The notes: generated from the letters alone by a model not told the origin. A stretch of 64,000 nt of DNA from Candidatus Kaelpia aquatica (GCA_030765335.1 JAVCCU010000030.1:5324-69323), one strand, 5' to 3'; shown: positions 9,665-21,087, numbered from the stretch's first letter. Program-made: numbers and translations.

Positions 9665-11116
9665 CTACCCTTTAATAACACCTAAGGGTCTCATCTTGCA
9701 AACTTTCTTTGATATTCCAGCCGAGACAACAACATTAACAACTTGATCTATATCTTTATATGCATCAGGCATCTCTTCAAGTAAGGTCTTCTTACCTCGA
9801 GACAGAACAAATATTCCTCTATCTTTAAGCTCTTTACTAATAGACCTATTTCTACCTTTTTTAATCGCTTCTGTTCTAGACATAACCCTGCCTGCTCCAT
9901 GGCAGGTTGAACCAAAACTCTCTTTCATTGCACGTTCAGTTCCAAGCAAGAGATAGGAGGCTGTACCCATATCTCCGGGTATGATTACAGGCTGACCTAT
10001 ATCTTTATAATCTTCCGGTATCTCAGCATGATTAGGTCCGAATGCACGTGTCGCACCTTTCCTGTGAACACATAATGTCTTCTCCTCTCCATCTACAATA
10101 TGTTTTTCAAATTTTGCAATATTGTGAGCAACATCATATACTAAATTGAGCCCTAAAGAACTCCGACTTTGATTAAAATATTTTTCAAAAACAGCCCTTA
10201 TTAAATGAGTAATATATTGCCGATTAGCCCAAGCATAGTTAGCAGCACACCTCATAGCCCCGATATAATCTTTAGCTTCGCTAGAATTAATTGGAGCAGA
10301 AGCAAGTTGTCTATCTGGAATATTTATATTATATTTGCTAACTGCCTTAACCATAGTTTTTAAATAATCATCGCAAACCTGGTAACCAAAACCACGAGAA
10401 CCAGTATGAATCATTATTGTGATAGCACCTTTCTTTAGCCCCAGGCTATCAGCAGAAGGCTCGTCATATATTTCAGCTATCACCTGAATCTCTAAGAAAT
10501 GATTTCCGGAACCAAGGGTTCCGCACTGGTCTCTACCTCTCTCGTATGCCCTATCGCTCACTTTATCAGGATCTGCTCCATCTATCTGACCGTTCTCTTC
10601 GCAATATGTTAGATCTTCCTTTACCCCGAATCCTCTCTCAACAGCCCATCTTGCACCCTTTATTAAAAGATTTCTCTCCTCCTTTTTGGACAATACAAGA
10701 TCACCTTTTGAGCCAACTCCTGCAGGAACAGAAGAATAGATAGATGAAACCAGGTTAGTAATTTCTTTTTTAATATCTTCATACTCTAAATTTGAACGCA
10801 AAAGTCTTAAGCCGCAATTAATATCATACCCAACTCCGCCAGGTGAAATAACACCGCCATTATCAGGATCGGTTGCTGCAACTCCTCCTATTGGAAAACC
10901 ATACCCCCAGTGAATATCGGGCATAGCCAGAGAGTATTTTACTATTCCTGGGAGATGTGCAACGTTGGCAACCTGCTTAAAAGCTTGACCGTCTATAGCT
11001 TTATTAAACATATCCTCAGTAGCATAGACTATTCCTGGAACCCTCATACCTTCCTGATAATCTCTAGGTATACGCCACCTATAATTATCTACTCTTTCTA
11101 TCTGAGAAGTTATCAT
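9665..11116 (-). CDS. rtcB: RNA-splicing ligase RtcB
   Basis: HLPGIVKYSLAMPDIHWGYGFPIGGV and GYDINCG motifs, with conserved His/Cys metal ligands. 483 aa. Confidence 0.9.
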   Translation of the reverse strand: MITSQIERVDNYRWRIPRDYQEGMRVPGIVYATEDMFNKAIDGQAFKQVANVAHLPGIVKYSLAMPDIHWGYGFPIGGVAATDPDNGGVISPGGVGYDINCGLRLLRSNLEYEDIKKEITNLVSSIYSSVPAGVGSKGDLVLSKKEERNLLIKGARWAVERGFGVKEDLTYCEENGQIDGADPDKVSDRAYERGRDQCGTLGSGNHFLEIQVIAEIYDEPSADSLGLKKGAITIMIHTGSRGFGYQVCDDYLKTMVKAVSKYNINIPDRQLASAPINSSEAKDYIGAMRCAANYAWANRQYITHLIRAVFEKYFNQSRSSLGLNLVYDVAHNIAKFEKHIVDGEEKTLCVHRKGATRAFGPNHAEIPEDYKDIGQPVIIPGDMGTASYLLLGTERAMKESFGSTCHGAGRVMSRTEAIKKGRNRSISKELKDRGIFVLSRGKKTLLEEMPDAYKDIDQVVNVVVSAGISKKVCKMRPLGVIKG

Positions 11117-11125
11117 TGTAAAAAC

Positions 11126-12778
11126 TTATTTAAAAACAGCTCCTGTAGACGCAGAGCTAACCAGTTTAGCATAGCGAGAGAGCCAACCTTCTTTCACTTT
11201 TAGTTCTGGGCTACGCCATTTCTTTTTTCTCTCTTTTAGCTCTTTATCCGAGATCAAAAGGTTTAACTTGCCTTTAGGAATATCGATCTCAATGACATCA
11301 CCCTCCTGAATTAAAGCAATAGCGCCACCCTCCTGGGCCTCTGGAGAGACATGTCCGATGCAAGGTCCACGAGTACCTCCTGAGAACCTGCCATCAGTTA
11401 TCAAGGCAACATCATTGGCTAAACCCATACCATATACAGCTGAAGTCGGAGCTAACATCTCACGCATGCCGGGACCACCCTTAGGCCCTTCATATCTTAT
11501 AACAACCACCGAACCTTTCTTTATCTTGCCATCTAAAATAGCCTTATTTGCAGCCTCTTCAGAATTAAACACCCTGGCCTTACCTTTAAACTTAAGCATC
11601 TCCTTAGATACAGCCGCCTGTTTAACAACTGCACCGTCTTGTGCAATATTACCTTTTAATATCGCAATACCACCCTCTTTAGAGTAAGCCTTTGCTATTG
11701 GCCGTATAATATCATCATCGAATATCTCTGCATTATCTAAAATCTTATGCACCGTATAGCCTGAGGTAGTAATATTGTTTTGAATCGACTTTTTAAGCCT
11801 CTTAAGAACAGCCGGTATACCACCTGCTCTATGTAGATCCTCCATCATGTAATCTCCAGCTGGCCTAAGCTTACAAATATTAGGGGTCTTCTTACTTATT
11901 TGATCAAATCTATCCAATGACAATTCCACTCCTGCTTCATGGGCAATAGCTTTAAGATGCAGAACCGTATTCGTTGAGCCGCCTAAAGCCATATCAACTG
12001 CTATAGCATTATCAAACGACTTACTATTCATTATATCTCTTGGTCTTATATTTTTTCTTACAAGCTCTATAACTCTTTCGCCGCTATCTCTTGCAATTCT
12101 TACTGCTTCAGCAGATACAGCTGGAGAGGTAGCACAGAAAGAAAGGCTCATTCCTAAAGCCTCCGTTAAACAAGCCATCGTATTTGCTGTATACATTCCC
12201 TGACATGAGCCAGCTCCAGGACAAGCACGGCACTCTAGCTCGGTAAGTTCATCTTTAGGCATATTACCTGCTTTATATTGACCTATAGCTTCAAAAGTAT
12301 CACGAACTAAAGAGAGTCTCTTACCTTTATAATTACCGGCAAGCATAGGCCCAGCCGTCACAACAATCGCAGGTATATTAATTCTGGCAATAGCCATTAG
12401 CATACCCGGAGTAATCTTGTCACAATTAGTGAGGCAGATCAGGCCGTCAAGCTGATGAGCATTAGTAGTGCTTTCAATCATATCTGCTATCAATTCACGT
12501 GATGGTAAAGAATATTTCATACCGCTATGCCCCATTGCAATTCCATCACAGATACCAGGCACGCTAAAATAAAAACCTACGCCGCCTCCAGAGAATACAC
12601 CCTGCTCAATTGCACGCTCTAAGACACGCATATTAACATGCCCTGGCACAAGATCGGTAAAACTTGAAACCATTCCTATGAAAGGTTTCCTCCAGGCAGT
12701 TTTAGATATTCCTGTTGCATAGAGTAATGCTCTATGTGGAGCTCTTTCCACACCTTTTTTTATTTTATCACTACGCAT
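11126..12778 (-). CDS. ilvD: Dihydroxy-acid dehydratase
   Basis: ILVD/EDD family. The CPGAGSC Fe-S motif is present, along with the N-terminal [11 protein letters not shown] and the C-terminal ITDGRFSGG. Confidence 0.95.
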   Translation of the reverse strand: MRSDKIKKGVERAPHRALLYATGISKTAWRKPFIGMVSSFTDLVPGHVNMRVLERAIEQGVFSGGGVGFYFSVPGICDGIAMGHSGMKYSLPSRELIADMIESTTNAHQLDGLICLTNCDKITPGMLMAIARINIPAIVVTAGPMLAGNYKGKRLSLVRDTFEAIGQYKAGNMPKDELTELECRACPGAGSCQGMYTANTMACLTEALGMSLSFCATSPAVSAEAVRIARDSGERVIELVRKNIRPRDIMNSKSFDNAIAVDMALGGSTNTVLHLKAIAHEAGVELSLDRFDQISKKTPNICKLRPAGDYMMEDLHRAGGIPAVLKRLKKSIQNNITTSGYTVHKILDNAEIFDDDIIRPIAKAYSKEGGIAILKGNIAQDGAVVKQAAVSKEMLKFKGKARVFNSEEAANKAILDGKIKKGSVVVIRYEGPKGGPGMREMLAPTSAVYGMGLANDVALITDGRFSGGTRGPCIGHVSPEAQEGGAIALIQEGDVIEIDIPKGKLNLLISDKELKERKKKWRSPELKVKEGWLSRYAKLVSSASTGAVFK

Positions 12779-12868
12779 TCTTGCCTCCTTTTATAAATTT
12801 ATTATCTAAAAACAATAACAGCTCTAAAGTTATGGATAACAAAAACAGTTTAATAAATTACAAATAAA

Positions 12869-13996
12869 TTAAAGGTATACTCTATCTTTAACCTTACCTA
12901 AACCACATAAAACTTCATAGGGAATCGTATTAGACAACTCCGCTAACTCTTCAATTCTTATCTCTTCAGTTCCCTGTTTTCCTGTAATTACAACCTCATC
13001 ACCTATTTGAGCATCTTCAATATCCCTTAAATCAACCATTGTCTGATCCATGGAAACTCTACCTAAAATAGAGACTCTTTTAGACCTCAGAAGGACTGAA
13101 CCTCTATTTGAAAAACTCCAAGGAATACCTTGACTATAACCTACAGGAATAATTCCTATTTTCATATCCGACGAAGCTTTATAGGTACAGCAATACCCTA
13201 TAGAATTGCCTTTTTTTACAGTCTTTATCTCTATGAGACGAGTTTTAAAGCTCATAGCTTGGGCTATCTTAATTCTGCTTTTTACTCCTGAATCAGGATA
13301 TACCCCATAAAGAATCAGACCTGGCCTTACAAGATCATACCAGAGAGAAGGCATGCGTAAAGTTGTAGAGCTATTGGCCAGATGAGACACAAAACTATAA
13401 CCATGCTCCTTAAGAAGATCTCTTGAATGTTGAAATCTCTCTGCTTGTAACCTTGTAAAATCTATATCTTCAGCATGTGCAAAATGAGTAAAGCAGCCTT
13501 GGACATCAAGATGCTTAGACTTAAGAAGAGCCTTTAACAGGCTATCACTCTCCTCCCATCCTACGCCCAGCCTAGACATGCCCGTATCAATCTTGATATG
13601 CACTGGTATTTTAACACCCAGATGCCGAGCTTTTTCATCGAATAATTCCAAAAACTCAATACTATTAATGGCTGGCATGATACCTTCTTCAATTATAAAA
13701 CTTATATCCTCATCCCCTAAAGGATTAGAGAGAAAGAGGATAGGCTTATCTATGCCGCACTCTTTAAGTTCAGATGCTTCGCTTAAACTGGATACCGCAA
13801 ATATATCTATTAATTCCGATAAAGCCTCGGCAGTTTCTCTTATGCCATGCTCATAAGCATTACTCTTTACAACAGCAATAATTCCGACTTCTGACTTTAA
13901 AAATTTTCTTAAATTTGCAGCGTTAGACCTTATGGCATTTAAATCTATTTCCAACCAACATCTATTAGATATTCTATTTTTTAAATTTATCTGCAT
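12869..13996 (-). CDS. alr: Alanine racemase
   Basis: AVVKSNAYEHG PLP-lysine motif and a C-terminal beta domain. 375 aa. Confidence 0.9.
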   Translation of the reverse strand: MQINLKNRISNRCWLEIDLNAIRSNAANLRKFLKSEVGIIAVVKSNAYEHGIRETAEALSELIDIFAVSSLSEASELKECGIDKPILFLSNPLGDEDISFIIEEGIMPAINSIEFLELFDEKARHLGVKIPVHIKIDTGMSRLGVGWEESDSLLKALLKSKHLDVQGCFTHFAHAEDIDFTRLQAERFQHSRDLLKEHGYSFVSHLANSSTTLRMPSLWYDLVRPGLILYGVYPDSGVKSRIKIAQAMSFKTRLIEIKTVKKGNSIGYCCTYKASSDMKIGIIPVGYSQGIPWSFSNRGSVLLRSKRVSILGRVSMDQTMVDLRDIEDAQIGDEVVITGKQGTEEIRIEELAELSNTIPYEVLCGLGKVKDRVYL

Positions 13997-14016
13997 ATCT
14001 TCTGCTATTTAATATA

Positions 14017-14694
14017 TTATCTTCTTATCGTACACTCTTTAGGATAAATATAAAAAGGCTTTAAATCAAATATATTCTCCCTCTCCCCTTTATTCCAATC
14101 GTGAAAAGCCAAACTTACTATATGTTCAGGCTTTATGATCCAGCTCTCTTTTTCTAGAATATTTAAATTACTCCCTATATCAGGATAGACTTCCTTCAGC
14201 ACATTAACTCCATCCCCCAAAATAATATCCACATCTTTTAATCTATCTCCAGCTTCTTCCGCAGATATTAGAACATGTTCGCTAACTCTTTTAAAACCAT
14301 CCTCACCTCTTCTATATTTAGAAAAATAGATATTGCCCCTCCTACCGTCCATTAAAGAGGCAACTATATCACCTTCAACAGAAGACGCATTCAAGGCTAA
14401 TAGATCCAAAGAGTTTAAAGCCACCGCATCCTTATCTAAAGCATAAGCAAGAGCCTTAACTGCTGTAACAGCTATCCTTATTCCAGTAAAGGAGCCTGGA
14501 CCTACAACAGCAGCAAAACAGCTTAAATCTTTAACTGTCACCTCGCCTTCCTCTAACACCGCATTGATATGCCCGTATAATAAAGCTGTATGCTCACGAG
14601 GATTTTCCAATGATAGACTAGAGACTAACTTGCCATCTTTACCCAATCCGATATTCAATCGGTCTGAAGAAACATCTATCCCAAGAATAAACAT
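14017..14694 (-). CDS. tsaB: tRNA t6A biosynthesis protein TsaB (YeaZ)
   Basis: ILGIDVSSDRLNIGL ASKHA-fold N-terminus. It lies adjacent to tsaE. Confidence 0.8.
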   Translation of the reverse strand: MFILGIDVSSDRLNIGLGKDGKLVSSLSLENPREHTALLYGHINAVLEEGEVTVKDLSCFAAVVGPGSFTGIRIAVTAVKALAYALDKDAVALNSLDLLALNASSVEGDIVASLMDGRRGNIYFSKYRRGEDGFKRVSEHVLISAEEAGDRLKDVDIILGDGVNVLKEVYPDIGSNLNILEKESWIIKPEHIVSLAFHDWNKGERENIFDLKPFYIYPKECTIRR

Positions 14695-14699
14695 TTTAA

Positions 14700-15161
14700 C
14701 TAAAGAACTATCTCCTTTAAAAATTTTACGTTATCTGTATCAATCTCTATGAATCGCTGCTTATCTTCAGCTAGCAGCGCTATCTTTACCAGAACATCTA
14801 GGGTCAAGACATCTTTAACTTTTTCCGCCCACTCTATAAGAACAATGTTATCTTTAGAAAAGTATCCATCCCAATCAATTTCAAATATTTCATCTTTATT
14901 GGTTAATCTATAAAGATCCATATGAATGATAGGGAACTTGGCTTTATATTCCTGAACTAAAACAAAAGAAGCGCTGGCTACATTTTTTGGATCATATCCT
15001 AAGCCTGCTAGAATACCTTTTATAAGAACGGTCTTACCAGAGCCCAGCTCTCCCTCAAAACCAACTACTACCCCAGGAGAGATAGATCTTGCCATACTCT
15101 TACCTAAACTAAAAGTCTCTCGTTCAGAATTAGTATAAATCTTTTTACTTGAAATGGTCAT
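14700..15161 (-). CDS. tsaE: tRNA t6A biosynthesis ATPase TsaE (YjeE)
   Basis: P-loop GELGSGKT. Small size, 153 aa. Adjacent to tsaB. Confidence 0.85.
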   Translation of the reverse strand: MTISSKKIYTNSERETFSLGKSMARSISPGVVVGFEGELGSGKTVLIKGILAGLGYDPKNVASASFVLVQEYKAKFPIIHMDLYRLTNKDEIFEIDWDGYFSKDNIVLIEWAEKVKDVLTLDVLVKIALLAEDKQRFIEIDTDNVKFLKEIVL

Positions 15162-16029
15162 AACCCTCCACTTTAACCTTTCTCATCCGCCCTGCCTCTT
15201 GAATAAGAATCCCTCCTCTCTTCTCTGTAATATTACCTATAGACCTAACTTTAAGACCGCAGCCTGGAATAGAGCCTGGAATATTACTCTTCCCTGAAGC
15301 AGTAAATAACAATTCAAAATCTTCCCCTTCTCTAACTGCACTGCTAAAACTAGCTGCTCTAGCTGACAAGGGGATCAATCTTTTATCTAAAATAGCACCT
15401 TTATCAGAAGCCTTACACAGTCTACTAAGATCTAAAATAAGACCGTCTGTTATATCTATCATAGAATTTATCTTAAAATTGCTACTCAACCATTGAGCCT
15501 CTTTTAATCTTGGATTAAATTTATAATGCTTAGAAGAAGAAGCAGCTCCTCCTATAGTGCCTGTAACATAGATAGCATCACCGACCTTAGCTCCAGACCT
15601 AGTAAGCAAGTAAATGCTCTTAACCTTACCCACCATAGCAATGGCCAAAAAAAGAGAGTTACTTTTAACTGTATCTCCACCCACTATCTTTATGTCATAT
15701 TTTTCAGCTATATTTTTTATTCCCCTATAAAGTTTTGATACAAATACCTTGTCCAATTTTTTAATCCCAAGATTTACAACTGCATATAAAGGCTCTCCTC
15801 CCATAGCAGCTATATCTGATATGTTCACAGCCATAGCCTTACGGCCTATATAATAAGGGCTTAATCTATTCTTTATAAAATGCCTGCCTTCAATAATGGT
15901 ATCGGTTGTAAAGAGGAGCTTCTCACCTTTTTTATATGGCAATACCGCAGCATCATCTCCAATACCTATAAAATCTCTGCCGCCTTTAAACAATGATGAT
16001 AATAAAGCTGCTAATCTATCCTCATTCAT
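15145..16029 (-). CDS. thiL: Thiamine-monophosphate kinase
   Basis: PurM-like fold with the GIGDDAAV motif. 294 aa. Confidence 0.8.
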   Translation of the reverse strand: MNEDRLAALLSSLFKGGRDFIGIGDDAAVLPYKKGEKLLFTTDTIIEGRHFIKNRLSPYYIGRKAMAVNISDIAAMGGEPLYAVVNLGIKKLDKVFVSKLYRGIKNIAEKYDIKIVGGDTVKSNSLFLAIAMVGKVKSIYLLTRSGAKVGDAIYVTGTIGGAASSSKHYKFNPRLKEAQWLSSNFKINSMIDITDGLILDLSRLCKASDKGAILDKRLIPLSARAASFSSAVREGEDFELLFTASGKSNIPGSIPGCGLKVRSIGNITEKRGGILIQEAGRMRKVKVEGYDHFK

Positions 16030-17116
16030 TTAAAACCTTCTTGATTCTTTCTTCAAAAGGTCTCTCTATTATTCCTTTTTCAGTTATTATAGCAGTTACA
16101 AACTCAGACTCAGTTATATCGAAAGCCGGATTTTCAACTTTAGTACCAAGAGGTGCAATATTAACTCCGGATATCTTGAGAACCTCATCGGAGCCTCTTC
16201 TTTCGATAGGGATATCCTCTCCTTTATTTAGAGATAGATCGAAACTGGTCGAAGGAGCTACAACATAGAAGGGCAGTTTATGCACCCCCGCAAGTCTGGC
16301 TAAAGAATAAGTACCTATCTTATTGGCAAAATCACCGTTCTTAACTATTCTGTCGGCTCCGACAAATATCTTATCTATTTTCTTCTCTTTCATTAAAAAC
16401 CCAGCCATACTATCAGTGATTAATTTATAATCTATACCTGCCTCTTTTAATTCCCAGCAGGTCAACCTGCTTCCTTGAAGCAAAGGCCTTGTCTCATCTA
16501 CATAAACGGAAAATTTCTTTCCTCTCTCTTTAGCGCTAAAAAATACAGCCAGAGCCGTACCGTAGCCCCCTGTTGCAAGTCCGCCAGCATTACAATGCGT
16601 TAGAATGTTGTCCCCATTCTCTATTAGCTCAGAGCCTAAATCTCCTATTTTGTAAGATTGCTCTATATCCTCTCTCCATATAGATAACGCATCATTTTCT
16701 ATAATATCTATCAATTCAATCAAATCTCTACCTCTATTCTTATTAAAAACTCTTTTGATTCTCTCTAGCGCCCAATATAAATTTACTGCTGTGGGCCGAG
16801 ATTTAGATAACACCTCTATTGCAATCTTAATTTGCTTCTCTAATCCTAAAATATCTTTAGGCATACCATATTTTATGCTTAGAACTACTCCAAAAGCAGC
16901 CACAATTCCTACTAGAGGTGCACCTCTAACATACATCTTTTTAATTAGATTATAGACTTCCTCTAGGTTATTTGCGCTCACCCAGGATATCTTATCGGGA
17001 AGCAGTCTCTGGTCTAAAACCTCAAGACAACTTCCATCCCATCTTAAATGTTCTATATGAAAACTCCTGCCATAGAAATCTTTAAAATCCATCATACCCC
17101 TACGTATCTCCTCCAA
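16022..17116 (-). CDS. mtnA: Methylthioribose-1-phosphate isomerase / eIF-2B-related family protein
   Basis: eIF-2B alpha/beta/delta family signature (GAPLVGIVAAFG, LTHCNAG, VGADRI). The specific function is inferred. Confidence 0.7.
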   Translation of the reverse strand: MEEIRRGMMDFKDFYGRSFHIEHLRWDGSCLEVLDQRLLPDKISWVSANNLEEVYNLIKKMYVRGAPLVGIVAAFGVVLSIKYGMPKDILGLEKQIKIAIEVLSKSRPTAVNLYWALERIKRVFNKNRGRDLIELIDIIENDALSIWREDIEQSYKIGDLGSELIENGDNILTHCNAGGLATGGYGTALAVFFSAKERGKKFSVYVDETRPLLQGSRLTCWELKEAGIDYKLITDSMAGFLMKEKKIDKIFVGADRIVKNGDFANKIGTYSLARLAGVHKLPFYVVAPSTSFDLSLNKGEDIPIERRGSDEVLKISGVNIAPLGTKVENPAFDITESEFVTAIITEKGIIERPFEERIKKVLNE

Positions 17117-18144
17117 AGAAATATCAACAACAGTATAAAGCCATTATGTAAGACATGTGCAAATATAGGACACCATAGAGAGCCTGTCTTCTCGTAAAGA
17201 TATACAAATAGAAAAGCTAAGGCTAATATGGGAAAGAAACCTATGATATTCATATGAAGAAACGCAAACAATAAGGATGAGATTAAAAGCGCCTGCAATC
17301 CTCCTATTGACTTTTTAAGAACAGTGTATAGCAAGCCTCTAAAAAACAACTCTTCAACAAAAGGCCCGATGAAAACAACAAAGAGAGAAGTTAAGGTTAA
17401 GATAAGCGGGTTCTTTTCAAAGAGAAGAAAGAAGAATAGCAACTGCGGGGAACTTGCTTTCTCATATTTGCCTAAAAATGTCAAACTTAAAACCATAACT
17501 ATAAAGAGCAGAGGGATAAATGAAAGATAACTTGATAGTGCTATCTTAAGAGGATAGAGCATATTTTTAAGCCCTACACCTATTGCAGCCAAACCTTGCT
17601 TAAAGTACTTCTTAAGCCAATATAAAACCAAAACAAATATTGTAACATCTAAAATAAATGAGTTAAAAAGATTAAAAACTATATACTCTCTTTCGGTCGA
17701 TATTTTCATAAAAAACCCCAGCAGTTCATCTGAAACAGAGAAAACTTGAAGCCAGAATATAACCCAGACTAATATTTTAAGAAAATCTTTCAGACTCCAA
17801 AGAGGAGAAGGAGAGAAATTAACTCTCTTTATGAGAGGCTTTAAGGTTAATAATCTATAGACTTGGATTAAAAACATAGCTAAACAAATGGACGCAAAAA
17901 TCAAAAATATTAAAAAAATCGGAGATCCGAAAACAGCTTTCAAATCTAAAAGCTTCTCTTCGCTTAAGGCCAACTTCTCTTCCCATGCTTGCCTTAGAAC
18001 TAAAGCCTTAGAATATAGCTGACCAAGGTATATTCTCCTTGGTATAACTGCTTCAAAAAGAGATATTACAAATGTAGAGAAAAGTATAAAGATATAAAAA
18101 CCAAACTCATCGACAAAATCCTTTAAACCTCTCTTAAAATCCAT
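17092..18144 (-). CDS. CPBP-family intramembrane metalloprotease (CAAX protease-like)
   Basis: Multi-TM protein with the EELFFRG and FAFLHM motifs of the Abi/CPBP family. Confidence 0.75.
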   Translation of the reverse strand: MDFKRGLKDFVDEFGFYIFILFSTFVISLFEAVIPRRIYLGQLYSKALVLRQAWEEKLALSEEKLLDLKAVFGSPIFLIFLIFASICLAMFLIQVYRLLTLKPLIKRVNFSPSPLWSLKDFLKILVWVIFWLQVFSVSDELLGFFMKISTEREYIVFNLFNSFILDVTIFVLVLYWLKKYFKQGLAAIGVGLKNMLYPLKIALSSYLSFIPLLFIVMVLSLTFLGKYEKASSPQLLFFFLLFEKNPLILTLTSLFVVFIGPFVEELFFRGLLYTVLKKSIGGLQALLISSLLFAFLHMNIIGFFPILALAFLFVYLYEKTGSLWCPIFAHVLHNGFILLLIFLWRRYVGV

Positions 18145-18161
18145 AATAAATTAAGCTTAAA

Positions 18162-19523
18162 TTAAATTATAGGCCTTACCCTACATTTAACTTCCAGATC
18201 ATCAGTTATTCTCCTGGCTTTTTCAATGGAGAACCCCTCTATATCTAAAAAACTTACTTCTACCCAAGGTATATATTTTTTTGACTCTTTGATAAAATCT
18301 ACAACCCCATTAAAAGTATCATCTCCGAAACTAGGCTTACAGAAAGAATTATACCTGTCTTTATCCTCGACATTCAGACTGACAGATATACTATCAATAT
18401 AGCCTTTGAGTTCGGGTAAGAGATTTCTTTTTGAGATTAAATTACCGCATCCATTAGTAACAATGCGGACTCTATAACCCTTGCTTTTTAAACCCTTGGC
18501 TATCTCTTTTAACTCTTTAAACCTAAAGAAAGGTTCTCCTATACCGCAAAAAGTAATTTCATCAAATCCTTTCTCTCTTTCTACAGCCTTTAAAACCTCA
18601 CTCACTTTAGGCTCTTTCCTAAGCCTTAAATTATGCCCCGCAAAATAATCACTACTTAAACCACTGCAAAAATAACACTTATTGCTGCATCTATTTGTAA
18701 GGTTTATATAAAGACCGTCTTTATATCTATATAGATACTTGGAAGACATATTAATGCTGCCTATACCAAATATATTCTTAGAATTTAACGCTAAGGAACG
18801 CCTAAGGTCCTCTTCTGTAATCGAGTTTTCATTTAAAACAACTTCCAAAGAATCTTTTAAAAATGCAGGCTCATTTCTACTGCCTCTTCTTGTTGAGGGC
18901 GCAAGATAAGGAGAATCTGTCTCAAGCAACAGCCTATCCAACGGGGTATGCTTAACAAGTTTTTTTAAATCTCGGCTAAACGTCAAATTAGTAGCATACG
19001 ATATATAAAAACCTCTCTTTAGACACTGCTTTAAAAAATCAATATCTCCGGAGAAACAATGCATAATAACCTTAGGAGAAAACCTCTTTATATTATCTAG
19101 AACCGACAATATGTCCTTGCCGGCTTCCCTATTGTGCACAACAAGCGGGAGATGGTTAAAATTCTGCCACAATCCAAGCAGTTTCTCTAACATTAATATC
19201 TGACTCTTAGAAGTTGAACTCTTTCTATAATAATCAAGCCCTATCTCCCCAAAAGCAACAACCTTCTTCTTCCTAAGCAGCTTCTTGAAAATCAACAAAT
19301 CTCTATCGTGAAAAGATTTTGTATTATGTGGATGAGACCCTACGGCAGCATAAATATTCTTAAACTTTCTTGCAATAGAGAGGGATTTGAGAGAGGTCTC
19401 TAAATCAATTCCTAATACAACCATATACTCAACACTATCTGCTCTAGCTCTATCTATCACTCTTTTTAAATCGAATTTGAACTCTGGGTGCCAGAGATGG
19501 GAATGAGTATCGACAAGATACAT
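18162..19523 (-). CDS. TatD-family hydrolase fused to a C-terminal radical SAM domain
   Basis: The N-terminal ~260 aa form a TatD TIM-barrel (VDTHSHL...; GEIGLDY; HCFSG). The C-terminal ~190 aa carry NRCSNKCYFCSG (CxxxCxxC) plus GIGEP. Confidence 0.8.
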   Translation of the reverse strand: MYLVDTHSHLWHPEFKFDLKRVIDRARADSVEYMVVLGIDLETSLKSLSIARKFKNIYAAVGSHPHNTKSFHDRDLLIFKKLLRKKKVVAFGEIGLDYYRKSSTSKSQILMLEKLLGLWQNFNHLPLVVHNREAGKDILSVLDNIKRFSPKVIMHCFSGDIDFLKQCLKRGFYISYATNLTFSRDLKKLVKHTPLDRLLLETDSPYLAPSTRRGSRNEPAFLKDSLEVVLNENSITEEDLRRSLALNSKNIFGIGSINMSSKYLYRYKDGLYINLTNRCSNKCYFCSGLSSDYFAGHNLRLRKEPKVSEVLKAVEREKGFDEITFCGIGEPFFRFKELKEIAKGLKSKGYRVRIVTNGCGNLISKRNLLPELKGYIDSISVSLNVEDKDRYNSFCKPSFGDDTFNGVVDFIKESKKYIPWVEVSFLDIEGFSIEKARRITDDLEVKCRVRPII

Positions 19524-19524
19524 C

Positions 19525-21087
19525 TTATTGATCTTCTACCTCTATCCTGGGAAATAAAGGTTCTCCTTTTTCAACAACCTGATTAAAAGGAACCTTGCCC
19601 CATGATGATATTTCAGAATAATCATGCTCTTTGACCTTATCCTTATACCCGAAATAAGACCATGCTTTCTGAGTAGATTCCGGAATAAAAGGAGTAAGTG
19701 CTATTAAAACAATCCTTATTACATCAGATAGAGTATATATAACATAAGCAAGCTCATCGGGATCTTCTTTCTTAAGCTTCCAGGGAGCCTTTACTTCAAT
19801 ATATTTATTTGCTGCACTTATTAATTCCCATATAACTTCTAGAACATTATGATAATTAACCACCTTCATGGACTCTTCAATCTTTTCATAGATTGATGCA
19901 ATCTTAAAAGAGAAGAATTCATCACAACTATTAACAGCTTTCTTGCTTTCCGGAATAATACCGTCATAGTACTTTACTATCATATTCAAAGTTCTGAAAA
20001 CAAGGTTTCCAAAGTCATTAGCCAAATCTGAGTTGACCCGTTTTATAAAACTGCTTTCTGAAAAGTTTCCATCCATCCCAAAAGGAACTTCTCTAAGTAA
20101 GAAATATCTCAAAGCATCGGTGCTATATCTATCAATCAACTCCCTAGGATCAACCACGTTACCTTTTGATTTAGACATCTTATCAATGCCCTCTTCTCTC
20201 TCTATTAACCACCAGCCGTGAGAGAATACCATAGCAGGAAGCTCCAGCCCTAACATATGCAACATTATCGGCCAATAAACGGCATGGTAACGCAAAATAT
20301 CCTTTGCCATAAACTGTACATCAGCAGGCCAGATGCTCTTAAAACTATCATCTTCTCTTAAAAAACCTGGGGCTGTTATATAGTTAAGCAAAGCTTCAAA
20401 CCAAACATAGGTAATATAATTATCGTCAAAAGGTAAGGTTATCCCCCAGGAAACCCTCTCTTTAGGGCGGGAGATACATAGGTCTGTTAATGGGTTTTCA
20501 AGAAAAGAGATAACTTCATTAAATCGCGATTGAGGTAAGATGAAATCTTTATTGTCTTCCAGGTAACCTCTAAGCCAATCTCTATACTCTGACACTTTTA
20601 AAAAATAGTTTTTCTCGGTTATAAACTCTAGTTCTCTTCCGCAATCAGGGCAAATCTTGTTCTCAACCTGAGACTCTATCCAAAAAGTCTCACAGGGCAT
20701 ACAATACCAACCCTCATAGTTTGATTCGTAGATATACCCTTCCTTATAAAGAAAACTGAGAATATTCTTAACCGTCTCTTCATGGCGAAACTCTGTTGTT
20801 CGAATAAAATCATCGTAAGATATATTTAAAATATCCCAGAGGCCGATAAACTTACTTACTATTGAGTCGCAGAAAACTTTAACATCATCCTCGCCTGACT
20901 CTCCAGCTGCTTTCTCAATCTTCTGACCATGCTCATCAGTGCCAGTTAAAAAATATACACTCTCTCCCCTCATCCTCATATAACGAGCTAAAACATCTGC
21001 TGCTACATTAGTATAGGCGTGGCCAATATGAGGCTCTCCATTTATATAATAAATCGGAGTAGTTATACAAAACTTCTTATTCTTCAT
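19525..21087 (-). CDS. metG: Methionyl-tRNA synthetase (short form)
   Basis: Class I HIGH motif (PHIGHAYT), KMSKS, and a zinc-knuckle region CPDCGRE. Confidence 0.95.
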   Translation of the reverse strand: MKNKKFCITTPIYYINGEPHIGHAYTNVAADVLARYMRMRGESVYFLTGTDEHGQKIEKAAGESGEDDVKVFCDSIVSKFIGLWDILNISYDDFIRTTEFRHEETVKNILSFLYKEGYIYESNYEGWYCMPCETFWIESQVENKICPDCGRELEFITEKNYFLKVSEYRDWLRGYLEDNKDFILPQSRFNEVISFLENPLTDLCISRPKERVSWGITLPFDDNYITYVWFEALLNYITAPGFLREDDSFKSIWPADVQFMAKDILRYHAVYWPIMLHMLGLELPAMVFSHGWWLIEREEGIDKMSKSKGNVVDPRELIDRYSTDALRYFLLREVPFGMDGNFSESSFIKRVNSDLANDFGNLVFRTLNMIVKYYDGIIPESKKAVNSCDEFFSFKIASIYEKIEESMKVVNYHNVLEVIWELISAANKYIEVKAPWKLKKEDPDELAYVIYTLSDVIRIVLIALTPFIPESTQKAWSYFGYKDKVKEHDYSEISSWGKVPFNQVVEKGEPLFPRIEVEDQ

